Below are positions 12,201-20,351 of a DNA stretch of 64,000 nt, one piece after another. Numbering within the stretch: the first letter of the stretch is position 1; each line of letters begins with the position of its first letter. The notes beneath the pieces were generated by a model. That model had not been told where the DNA came from, did no database searches, and saw only the letters and a program-made list of their open reading frames with translations. This DNA is from Ascidiella aspersa. Taxonomy: Eukaryota. Location: the NCBI GenBank assembly GCA_963924565.1, contig OZ004609.1, positions 11,098,001-11,162,000 on the forward strand, written 5' to 3'. Both the position numbers and the translations under genes were made by a program.

Positions 12201-14046
12201 AACATTCAAGATAACTGTAGCTGCTAATACCGACAGGAATGCAAGATGCAATATTACCAATCTTGATTATTTGAATTTGCCTTGCAGAACTAATTGTGTG
12301 ACCAAGAGCGTCACCTTGTATCTTAATTAGAGTATTTCCTTGAAGTGGACCTGACTTTGGTGTGAAACCTGATATCTTAATTGGGCATGTTGTGTCTGAC
12401 CAAACATCCTTGCAAGCTTCTCTGGCAGAACAGATGCGTGATGAATAACAAAATCCACAGTTAAGAAAGCGAATGTGCATGCACTCAGCACATGTTTTAG
12501 CTGCCCCGCATGCAGCAACTGTAGGAATCTTGTAGAAAGAACTTTCACCGATAGCAAAAATGGAGTCGTTGTTTTGGGAAACCTTCAGATTAGTTAGTGG
12601 TTTGTTTGTGACTTCCACTGAAGCCTCCTGTACTCCAGTAGGTTGGTATGAATTAAGATTGAATAATCGCAGTTGGCCGTCAAGGGTTCCGATTGCAGCA
12701 ACTGTTGTGTCTTTGTAGATAAATGTTGTCAGTGAAATGAGCGTGGAAGAATTTTTTAAGTCCGTTTCTTCATTTTGAACTAAAATGTTTTCATAACAAG
12801 CTGGAATGTTTGCTTCAATATAATGATTTTTGTTCGTAGCAGTTGAACCTGGGCAACTTACAGCAGGCTGATCTGGGTTTGGTGCATCGCAATTCCTTCC
12901 TTTAGGAAATTGACCCTTCTGAAACAAAAATTCCAAACCAGGATCAAATTGCTTCTGATTATTACAGGTCTGTATTGCCATGTCGAATCGTGCTACAATA
13001 TCCTTCATTGGAAATGCACACAAAACTGTTCCCTGTGATAGATCCAGTTGATCAGGAGTGTTATCCATAGGGGTGCCTGCCAGGACAAACAGCATCGCAG
13101 CTGTGTTGGTCACAGGTTTGTTTGAGTTGCATTTGTAAGTAGTGAATCTATTATTTACAACATATGAAAAGTGTGCGTCAATAGTAAGGTTGTATTTCTT
13201 TTTTGCCTTGCTCCGACATTGCAGAATTAGCTCAGTATAACTGTAAAATGCCTGATCGTTGTTGCAAACCCGTGCAAGTTTAATGTTGAGTTTCGAACTT
13301 GTCTTTACAGTTCTTCGTTGTCTAGTCAAAAAATATGTAAAACCACTGTACGTAAAAGCATAGATATAATCAATTTTGTAGGATTTCAAATAACTTTTGT
13401 GCACAGAAATTTCTGAAAAAATTTCCAAATCTGTACGATTAGTTACTAACTGGAAACCACCATTAAGCAACTTTTTTCTTGATAGCGATTGTTGCATGTT
13501 CACCGGTATGGTAGAATCCAAAGTGCGTGCAAAATAGAACACATTGTCTTCTGTTGGATCCGTTGACAAAATTCCAACTGTACTACCAGTCTGACTTACT
13601 ATATAATCAGAGTTAATAGAGTTTTGGTTAAGTGTAGTAAATGATGTTATGTTTGAAGTTGAATGCATTCGACATATTCCGTTATTTAATGTACCACAAG
13701 CAATGAAATGTTGTCTGTTAGTATCAAACAGCAACAACTTAACTTGATTGTCCAAAGTAGTTTCTGTTGGCAATGTGTTGCTATTAGAAATGTTGCAGAC
13801 ACACTGAAGTCTGCTTTTATCATAACAAGATGTGCTAAGAAGTTTTAAGTCTTTAGTAAGGCTATACACTTTGTTATTTCCTCCAATAAAGATTTTTTCA
13901 TTGGTGGGATCAATCACATAGGAAAAAATTGAAGATCTGCTACAATCAGAAAAAGTCTGTATTTGACTGTTGACTTGTGATAAACAGGGTGGAACGTACA
14001 TCAGTATGACTGAAAACAAGATCCATACCAGAACATAAACAGACAT
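76..14046 (-). CDS. MET: MET/RON-family (HGF receptor-like) receptor tyrosine kinase, 17 coding exons, ~1530 aa
   Basis: Exons (minus): 14046-11717, 11587-11439, 11310-11155, 9182-9063, 8995-8853, 8585-8461, 8156-8032, 7692-7552, 6848-6707, 5114-4982, 4361-4141, 2968-2799, 2601-2491, 1994-1872, 1214-1140, 640-448, 211-76; all GT-AG and phase-compatible. Signal peptide, SEMA, PSI, 4 IPT, TM, then kinase ([32 protein letters not shown]) and the YVNV docking site. The last four exons are less certain. Confidence 0.9.
448..640 (-). CDS. MET-like tail exon with two D-E-x-G-Y-L-L-P motifs
   Basis: [11 protein letters not shown] and [11 protein letters not shown]; phase-compatible. Confidence 0.7.
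1140..1214 (-). CDS. MET-like tail exon (Ser-rich)
   Basis: TTTGCAG / GTCAGT, 75 nt, open, phase 1-1. Confidence 0.6.
1872..1994 (-). CDS. MET-like tail exon (PVPPPR)
   Basis: TTTCCAG acceptor in phase 1; alternatively this exon reads on to a stop at 1858. Confidence 0.7.
2100..2270. repeat. two diverged ~70 bp direct repeats ~100 bp apart
   Basis: GGGTGTAAT...TTTTAGGACAAAAA(A)CAAA.CAA.GCACC at ~2100 and ~2202. Confidence 0.6.
2491..2601 (-). CDS. MET: MET-like docking-site exon
   Basis: [14 protein letters not shown] matches MET YVNVKCVAPYPSL. Confidence 0.88.
2799..2968 (-). CDS. MET: MET-like kinase C-lobe exon
   Basis: [28 protein letters not shown]...RPEFKQLV...HY. Confidence 0.92.
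4141..4361 (-). CDS. MET: MET-like kinase exon (DFG, activation loop)
   Basis: [16 protein letters not shown]...[12 protein letters not shown]...DVWSF...WELVTRG; not in the ORF track, translated by hand. Confidence 0.94.
4982..5114 (-). CDS. MET: MET-like kinase exon (catalytic loop)
   Basis: [39 protein letters not shown]. Confidence 0.94.
5290..6279. mobile_element. non-autonomous hAT element (deletion derivative) in a MET intron
   Basis: 16 bp perfect TIR CAGGGGCGTGCAACCT; TSD GTGTAAAT/TTGTAAAT; transposase remnant ALFGSTYVC at ~5814-5840. Confidence 0.85.
5870..6185. mobile_element. hAT MITE nested in the previous element
   Basis: TIR CAGTGGT(A/C)GGCCAACT; perfect 8 bp TSD CACTAACA. 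Confidence 0.9.
6707..6848 (-). CDS. MET: MET-like kinase exon
   Basis: [17 protein letters not shown]...[16 protein letters not shown]. Confidence 0.92.
7552..7692 (-). CDS. MET: MET-like kinase exon (Gly loop, VAVK)
   Basis: [11 protein letters not shown]...VAVKTLSRI...FLREG. Confidence 0.92.
8032..8156 (-). CDS. MET: MET-like exon (juxtamembrane to kinase start)
   Basis: [25 protein letters not shown] resembles MET [25 protein letters not shown]. Confidence 0.85.
8461..8585 (-). CDS. MET: MET-like exon (TM end, juxtamembrane)
   Basis: [13 protein letters not shown] followed by the basic stop-transfer KKNKRK. Confidence 0.85.
8853..8995 (-). CDS. MET: MET-like exon (IPT4 end, start of TM)
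   Basis: FNVTVFLG...ELGSIDI...AIVAPIVAV. Confidence 0.8.
9063..9182 (-). CDS. MET: MET-like exon (IPT4)
   Basis: [23 protein letters not shown]...LYCH; TTTTGTAG / GTAAGT. Confidence 0.8.
9486..11087. mobile_element. non-autonomous DNA transposon-like element with internal GGGGTAAAAAAA repeats
   Basis: Ends TAGTCA...GGTAAAAAAA / TTTTTTACC...TGACTA, flanked by TA; motif repeated in both orientations (~9494, 9650, 9687, 10653, 10692, 10722, 11041). Confidence 0.65.
11155..11310 (-). CDS. MET: MET-like exon (IPT3/4)
   Basis: GELNFVLDG...VPNPK...LNITG; phase 1-1. Confidence 0.8.
11439..11587 (-). CDS. MET: MET-like exon (IPT3)
   Basis: [21 protein letters not shown]; TTTCAG acceptor, GTCAGT donor. 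Confidence 0.8.
11717..14046 (-). CDS. MET: MET-like coding exon 1: signal peptide, SEMA, PSI, IPT1-2
   Basis: ATG 14046 ([16 protein letters not shown], hydrophobic leader); SEMA motifs ([22 protein letters not shown]); PSI CxxCxxC; [13 protein letters not shown] and [10 protein letters not shown]; donor AG|GTAGGA. Confidence 0.93.
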
Positions 14047-14071
14047 TATGTAATACCAGTTTAACAAACAT

Positions 14072-14275
14072 CTAAAAAAATATAAACATACATTTTTGTA
14101 CTTCAACCGATAATGGATTTTTTGCTAGTACACCATAATCGGTTAATTCAACCTTTTAGCAAAAATATATTCATGGATGTGTAGGATTCGCACAGGTCAA
14201 AATAAACAAGATGACTAAAGTGTCAAGATTAATAGCGACACAATAAACTATAACTCACAACTGTACAGTACTTAC
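14072..14275 (-). other. probable 5'UTR intron of the MET-like gene
   Basis: GTAAGT donor at 14275 and TTTTTTTAG acceptor at 14072, 25 nt before the ATG. Confidence 0.5.
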
Positions 14276-17200
14276 TTTGCCAGTTAACAAAACAACATCA
14301 GACGTTACTTTACAGAAGTTAAGGGCAAATTAGGTTGCCTAACAACCATCCCAGGTTGGAAACTATAGCCTGCGCAGTTTCTTGCTCAGCCGCGGTCATA
14401 GCCACGCATTTCATGTAAAATTCGGTGAGTCGTGTGAAGTCACTCAAACGCACATAACTTATGTCGCGCTAACAGTTTTCAGTATAGTACTCCATTTTTA
14501 GCCATATAAATTTCACAAATAACATTATGACAGCCGCACAAATTTGGGCGGAAATGTTATTACAGCCGCGCAATTTCAAGCTGCAAAAATGCGTCCCTAC
14601 GCAAAATTAAAGTTTCCAATATTCCAGAAGTAGTACACGGATACAGCCTTTACATAGGACACAGCCCGACGGGATCCACCCAGTCTGAATTCTGTTGCTG
14701 GTGAACTACCTATATATATTCCAAATTGGACACTTTGGCACAGAGGGGATTTTTATGCAACTTAAAATTGGGCGGCTGTAATACATTTATAAATAATATT
14801 GTGTGCACACCTGAATTAGCAAAATTTAAATTTCATATTAGATTTTTGGCCGTTCGGGTTTGGTCTGTTGAAAAACAATCGGGGGTGCACTTGTCACACA
14901 GGTAGAAGTTATAAGGCTTGCAAGATATAGGGGCACTGCTTTTTGGGTGCACATACCAATATTTGCAAATTTGTGTGCACACTTGAACTGGTAAAACTGG
15001 CACACCTAAATAAAACTGGTACACTTCCATTTTAATTTTTTCATAAGAGTCTTACTGCTGAGTGCTGATTAAGTTAGATTACTTTAAGTAATGTTAAACA
15101 TGTTTTAACAATGTATTTTAAGATATTACACAATGAAATTTCGAGCTGCGTTATTTCCTTTGGTTACAGACTACACACGTCTGAAAATAATAATACGATT
15201 TTGCAGTAATATTAAATAACATGACCCACCCTCACCCAAACACTATTCGACACTCTAATCAAAATATTGTGCGTTGCTTTAATAATTGTTTCAACGCTGT
15301 GATAGAATTCTATACCAGCGCTATAATACGCAATTCTAACTTTTTTTTTTTTGGTTCAACTGACAACCGGGTCAAGTTTGCACCTAGCTGAAAACCTACC
15401 TTCACTTTAAAGCAGTGATTCTCAACCGCGGCTCTCACTAACTCATTGAAAAATTAATTACTTGTACCAGAATTGCCACGAAGTAAGTAAAACATATTAA
15501 GAATTATTGTCTCAGCAAGGATCCGGTGTACGAAGTACTAATCTTACCAGGGGACTACCTTGCTGTGTACAATCATTTTGTGGATTGTGACGTCATAATA
15601 TATTTTGTCTTGATCGACAAGCTATGGCAATAAGAGATAGCTATTTTAGCAGTGTTAATTAGTTAGCCTAGCCTAGCGTTATGTCAGAGCAGCCTACTGA
15701 GAAAGCTCGCACTCTTCAGCAAGAAAATCGGACTTTCAAAAGGGATTAGGAAGAGAAACATTTTCAAATTGAATTAGATAACAAAGCTCATTGCCTTTTG
15801 TGTCCTGTGGTGAATAGTAGTGTAAAAGCTTTTAACGTTGAGAGGCACTACAAAAGTCATTCTGCAAAGTATGATGCCTACGAAGGTGAATCAAGGAAAC
15901 AGAAGTTAGAATTACTAAAGTAAGCACGTAACAAGCAAACGAATATGTTTAAGTGTAATAGCGAACCTGAAGAAATAACCATGGCATCATATAAGGTTAG
16001 CCATTTACTAGCCCGCAACATGAAGCCATATTCAGATGGTGACATTATGAAGCAGGCTATTGTTATGTTTGCTGAAGAATGTTGTCCTACTAGCATTCAA
16101 CTTAAAGCAAAGAAATTACAGCTTAGTAATGACACAGTAACTCAACGCGTTGAATGCATATCTAATGACCAGCATGAACAGTTTCTTAACCAGTCAAAAA
16201 AATTTGTTTACTACTCGGTGGCACTTGATACCTCAAAAGACTTCACCGATATAGAGCAACTAGCTGTGTTTTTCAGGGGAGTCATGGCAAACTTTAATAT
16301 TTATGAGGAATACCTCACTTTGCGCTCCATTCATGGCACAACAAAAGGAATGGATATATTTCATGAATTTCAAGCTGCTCTTCAAGAAGCACATTTGGAT
16401 CCAAAGTTGTTTTCAGTGGCAACTGATGGGTGTCCTTCTATGCTTGGTGCAAATCAAGGACTTCAAGGACTCATCAACAAATGGCGTGAAGAAGATAACC
16501 TAGCTCCCGTGACATAGCATCACTGCATTTTACACAAAGAAAGTCTCGCTGCTAAGTCTTTGAACATGCCTAGTGTAACAAACGTATGAACAACAACAGT
16601 AGATTGGATTGGAACAAATGCACTTAACCATCGTAAGTTTAAAAAGTTTCTCGCAGATATTGATGCTGATTATGGTGACGTTGTCATGTTCACTGCTGTA
16701 AGATGGTTAAGCCGAGCTAAATGCCTCAAGAGATTTTATGATCTACCAGAGATTAAACTGTTTGCCGAAGGGAAGAAAGACATCCCACAACTCGACAATG
16801 AACAATGGATAGCTGATTTTGCATTTATGGTTGATATCACTACCCACCTTTCATCCCTAAATCGCACCCTGCAAGGAAATATGAAGTTTTGTAATGATTT
16901 GTATGGCACAACATCTGCCTTCATTAAAAAGCTTTGCATTTGGAACACGCAACTTTAAAGTGGTGTTACAACGCATTTTCCTACTCTTTCAAATCATTTT
17001 CCTACTCTTTCAAACGAGACAGCGGATCACTTGATACGTATAACAGACCCATTAGCAACTTGATTGAGGAATTCGAACGTCGCATTAACGGAATGCATTC
17101 TTTTTTGCCTTTGATGAAAACATTTGCTACACGTACACCTATGGCAATAGAGGCAGCCACCGCTCCTGATAAGTTTCAGTTGGAGCTACTTGACATGCAG

Positions 17201-17336
17201 TCCGATGTCGAGCTGAAACAAGCATTTCAAAGTGAAGGTCTACTCGACTTTTGGGGTCGAGTCCCAGAGAAAAATATCCCAACTTAATAAGTAATGCCCT
17301 TAAGTATGCCTCTGTATTTGGTTCAACTTACGTATG

Positions 17337-17469
17337 TGTGGTAAATTTGTGCCATGTACCTTATTCTATGTTATGTATTACGCTGTGTTTATTTGTGACA
17401 TGTTGTGTTGCAGGTAATGTTTAGTTTAAATTCAGTTCATAAAAACCTAGCAATCCCTAGGTCACCACA
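17337..17469 (+). repeat. 5' LTR (133 bp, TG...CA)
   Basis: TGTGGT...ACCACA inverted termini; identical to 20096-20227. Confidence 0.95.
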
Positions 17470-17470
17470 A

Positions 17471-17482
17471 TTTTATGAACTG
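17471..17482 (+). other. self-complementary primer-binding site
   Basis: TTTTATGAACTG is the exact reverse complement of LTR 17433-17444 CAGTTCATAAAA; no TGG tRNA-type PBS. Confidence 0.75.
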
Positions 17483-17518
17483 CTTTGTTAACATTGACCT
17501 TGTGCTTTACCAATCGCC

Positions 17519-18280
17519 ATGGAGAGACTGATGAGGCCAGACCGTCTGGAACTTGATCCCAATGACCCAGAGGCCATTAAAATGTATAAACATTGGTGGC
17601 GTTCATTTGATGGTTTTATTCGAGCCATTGAGAAAACACAAAATAGCCATCGGAGTGGAACCAGCCAAGAAACAGGTGGTGTTATTACTTTATCATCAGA
17701 AGAAAAATTAGACCTCCTTGTCAATGGCATATCACATAAACTCTACTCCTATGTAGAATCCTGTGAAACCTTTCAATCTGCTAAAGAGACTCTTAACAAA
17801 GTTTTTCTGAAAGAAAATAACATCACAGTAGCTCGTCATTTATTGATGGTGAGAAAACAGAAACCGGATGAGAACCTAACTGATTTCATGTATGCTTTGC
17901 ATGAGCTTTCTAAATCCTGTGATTTTCAGGATGTCGATGCAGATACTTATCGACAAGAAATGGTTCGCGACTCCTTTATTAGTGGCATGGTAGCCCCCGA
18001 CATCCGACAAAGACTTCTTGAGAAAAATAAGGTTACCTGTAAAGAAGCCTTCGATCAAGCCTTGGTGTTAGAACGAGCAAGGAATGAGGCCGTGACCTTT
18101 ATTAAGGAAACTACAAATGTGACCATTGCAGCCGCAGAGACTCCTGAGTCCACTGTTTTTGCAATAGCTAAGAAAGATTGTTTCTACTGTGGAGGTATGC
18201 AAATAGACCCACAGCGCGTCGGAGTTCAGCAAGTGTTTGAAGCCACTCTTGGACATGCCCGTGCCTCAAACACTTGCTGA
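17519..18280 (+). CDS. gag: retrotransposon Gag, truncated in its zinc knuckle
   Basis: RPDRLELDPN...HW, RHLLMVRKQKPDE, VRDSFISG...IRQRLLE; only CFYC of the CCHC knuckle remains. Confidence 0.85.
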   Translation: MERLMRPDRLELDPNDPEAIKMYKHWWRSFDGFIRAIEKTQNSHRSGTSQETGGVITLSSEEKLDLLVNGISHKLYSYVESCETFQSAKETLNKVFLKENNITVARHLLMVRKQKPDENLTDFMYALHELSKSCDFQDVDADTYRQEMVRDSFISGMVAPDIRQRLLEKNKVTCKEAFDQALVLERARNEAVTFIKETTNVTIAAAETPESTVFAIAKKDCFYCGGMQIDPQRVGVQQVFEATLGHARASNTC

Positions 18281-20012
18281 ACTCCGACGCGCTGTGGGTC
18301 TATTTGCATACTATGCCCGTTGGGTTCATCAGTTTTCAGATAAGGTTCGACCCCTTGTCAAAGCCATTCAGGAAAAGGCTCTCCCATTGGCTAAACCACA
18401 AGCTATGGCTTTTGCAGAGCTTAGAAAAAGTTTGGCTTCCGCCTGTCTGAAAAATATTGATCCTTATCAACCCTTTACTGTGGAGTGTGATGCCTCCCAA
18501 TTTGCACTGGCCGCTACCCTGAACCAATGTGGTCGCCCTGTCGCTTTTTACTCCCAGACCTTTACAAAAAGCGAACTCAACTACCCTATCGTGGAGAAGG
18601 AGGCTACAGCTATTATGGAGGCTACGAGAAAATGGAGTCATTTCTTGCATGGTAACACCTTTACATTATTGACTGACCAGCGTGCTCTTTCTTATATGTT
18701 TGATCCTGTCCGCCCAGGTAAAATTAAAAATGCTAAGTTCCAGCTGTGGCGAGCTGAACTGGGGGCCTTTTCATATCGCGTTCACCACCGTCCTGGTAAA
18801 CTAAACACTGCTCCGGATGCCCTTTCAAGAATTTCTTCTCTATGTTTCATGGGAAATGCTGGACTAGTCCAAATCCATAGGCAATTGGGGCACCCTGGGG
18901 TAACACGCCTACTTCATTTTATAAAAGCGCGCAACTTACCTTACTCTATTAATGAGGTTCGGCAAACATGTGCAGAATGTAAAGTTTGTGCCGAAGTAAA
19001 ACCTCGTTTTCACCGCAAGTCTAATGAGTCTTTAATCAAAGCTTCTGCTCCATGGGAAAGAATTAGCATTGATTTTAAAGGACCTGTCAGGGGTAGAAGA
19101 CATTACATTCTCTTTGTGGTGGATGAGTTTTCCCGTTTTCCTTTTGCAATTCCCTGTTCTGACATGACTACGAAAACCGTCATAGCTTCGCTAACTTCAC
19201 TTTTTGCTCTTTTTGGTCTACCCTCTTTCGTCCACAGTGACCGGGGCACAGCCTTTGCTTCTGGTGAATTTAAAAAGTTTTTGACCGATAGAGGAGTGGT
19301 ACCAAGTCGGACTACTCCCTATCATCCTACTGGTAACAGCCAATGTGAAAGAGTGAACCAAACCATATGGCGAACAGTTAAACTCCTTTTAAAGGACAGG
19401 GGTCTGGGAGAAGATAGATGGGAAGAAATCTTAGTGGAGGCCCTTCATTCCGTAAGATCTCTGCTTTGCACCTCAACAAACCAAACCCCTCATGAGCGTT
19501 TCTTAAACTTCGGACGAAGAACTATGCTGGGAAGATCATTACCATCATGGCTGCTCCAGCCTGGAAAAGTTTTGATGAGACGATTTGTGCGAAATAAAGG
19601 AGATCCCTTAGTTGATGAGGTAGACTTGCTGGAAGCCAATCAAAGTTTTGCACATATTCGGCTTCCAGGGGGGCGTGAATCGACAGTGTCTGTGCAGGAT
19701 TTAGCTCCTTGCCCTGAAGACCATGAAGTCCCTCCACTGCCAGATGCAGAATCCTTTGGCGAGTCTCTTGAAAATGGAGTCCCAATTTCTACCAATTCGC
19801 CTCCCCATACTACTAGGCCATCTACAGGTACTACACCAGAATCTGCATTGGACAGATCATCGGTAGAAGATTTGGCTCATGGTACAGATGAGTTACCTCC
19901 TACTTCACCTTCTCCTTTTGCGTTTCCACCTGCTTCGCCTACTGGTTTGCAAGTGAGGCGTTCATCCAGAATTCATAAACCCCCTTCACGGTTTGGGGAT
20001 TGGACTCATTAA
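18237..20012 (+). CDS. pol: partial Pol: RT connection, RNase H and integrase
   Basis: RNase H CDAS/EKE/TDQ/DALSR; integrase HHCC (H..LGH...C..C), IDFKGP, SDRG, SQCER; first in-frame ATG 18255. Confidence 0.92.
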   Translation: MKPLLDMPVPQTLAELRRAVGLFAYYARWVHQFSDKVRPLVKAIQEKALPLAKPQAMAFAELRKSLASACLKNIDPYQPFTVECDASQFALAATLNQCGRPVAFYSQTFTKSELNYPIVEKEATAIMEATRKWSHFLHGNTFTLLTDQRALSYMFDPVRPGKIKNAKFQLWRAELGAFSYRVHHRPGKLNTAPDALSRISSLCFMGNAGLVQIHRQLGHPGVTRLLHFIKARNLPYSINEVRQTCAECKVCAEVKPRFHRKSNESLIKASAPWERISIDFKGPVRGRRHYILFVVDEFSRFPFAIPCSDMTTKTVIASLTSLFALFGLPSFVHSDRGTAFASGEFKKFLTDRGVVPSRTTPYHPTGNSQCERVNQTIWRTVKLLLKDRGLGEDRWEEILVEALHSVRSLLCTSTNQTPHERFLNFGRRTMLGRSLPSWLLQPGKVLMRRFVRNKGDPLVDEVDLLEANQSFAHIRLPGGRESTVSVQDLAPCPEDHEVPPLPDAESFGESLENGVPISTNSPPHTTRPSTGTTPESALDRSSVEDLAHGTDELPPTSPSPFAFPPASPTGLQVRRSSRIHKPPSRFGDWTH

Positions 20013-20083
20013 AAATGAACCCTTAAAATTGTTTAAATGAAACAATGTTTTTTTGTTGGGTGTACAGTGTACTTTCATTATTT

Positions 20084-20095
20084 AGAGGGGAAAAA
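20084..20095 (+). other. polypurine tract
   Basis: AGAGGGGAAAAA directly before the 3' LTR. Confidence 0.85.
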
Positions 20096-20227
20096 TGTGG
20101 TAAATTTGTGCCATGTACCTTATTCTATGTTATGTATTACGCTGTGTTTATTTGTGACATGTTGTGTTGCAGGTAATGTTTAGTTTAAATTCAGTTCATA
20201 AAAACCTAGCAATCCCTAGGTCACCAC
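20096..20227 (+). repeat. 3' LTR (terminal base and right TSD not recognisable)
   Basis: 132/132 identical to the 5' LTR, then interrupted by a foldback repeat. Confidence 0.95.
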
Positions 20228-20351
20228 GTTAGGGTTAGCATTTGGGTGAGGATGGGTCAAGTAATATTATGTTTATTATTAATAATAACTTGACCCACCC
20301 TTAACCAAACGCTAACCCTAACCCACACAATATGCGTTGTGGTATGCGGCA
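20228..20351. repeat. foldback repeat with telomere-like GTTAGGGTTAG arms
   Basis: ~40 bp imperfect inverted arms (20228-20270 / 20282-20322); related sequences at ~15215-15350, ~23900-23940, ~35980-36058. Confidence 0.7.

Larger units (their letters stand above)
17337..20227 (+). mobile_element. Ty3/Gypsy LTR retrotransposon, internally deleted (gag + RNase H + integrase; no PR or RT)
   Basis: Identical LTRs, PPT, gag ORF, and RNase H-before-integrase domain order. Confidence 0.93.

Noticed and set aside
14047-14106. N-terminal extension of the MET ORF in the ORF track
   Set aside because: It starts at TTG and crosses a splice acceptor; the signal peptide begins at ATG 14046
17401-17419. 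TTGCAG|GTAATG recursive-splice-like site in the LTR
   Set aside because: It is on the strand opposite to MET and no host transcript is evident across it
18195-18242. Possible mini-intron joining gag to RH-IN in frame
   Set aside because: The GTATGC donor with AG at 18229, 18233 or 18242 gives 35-48 nt introns, and none reaches the pol frame
20228-20322. Interstitial telomere or chromosome fusion scar
   Set aside because: Fewer than two TTAGGG units per arm, embedded in a dispersed repeat seen elsewhere in the window
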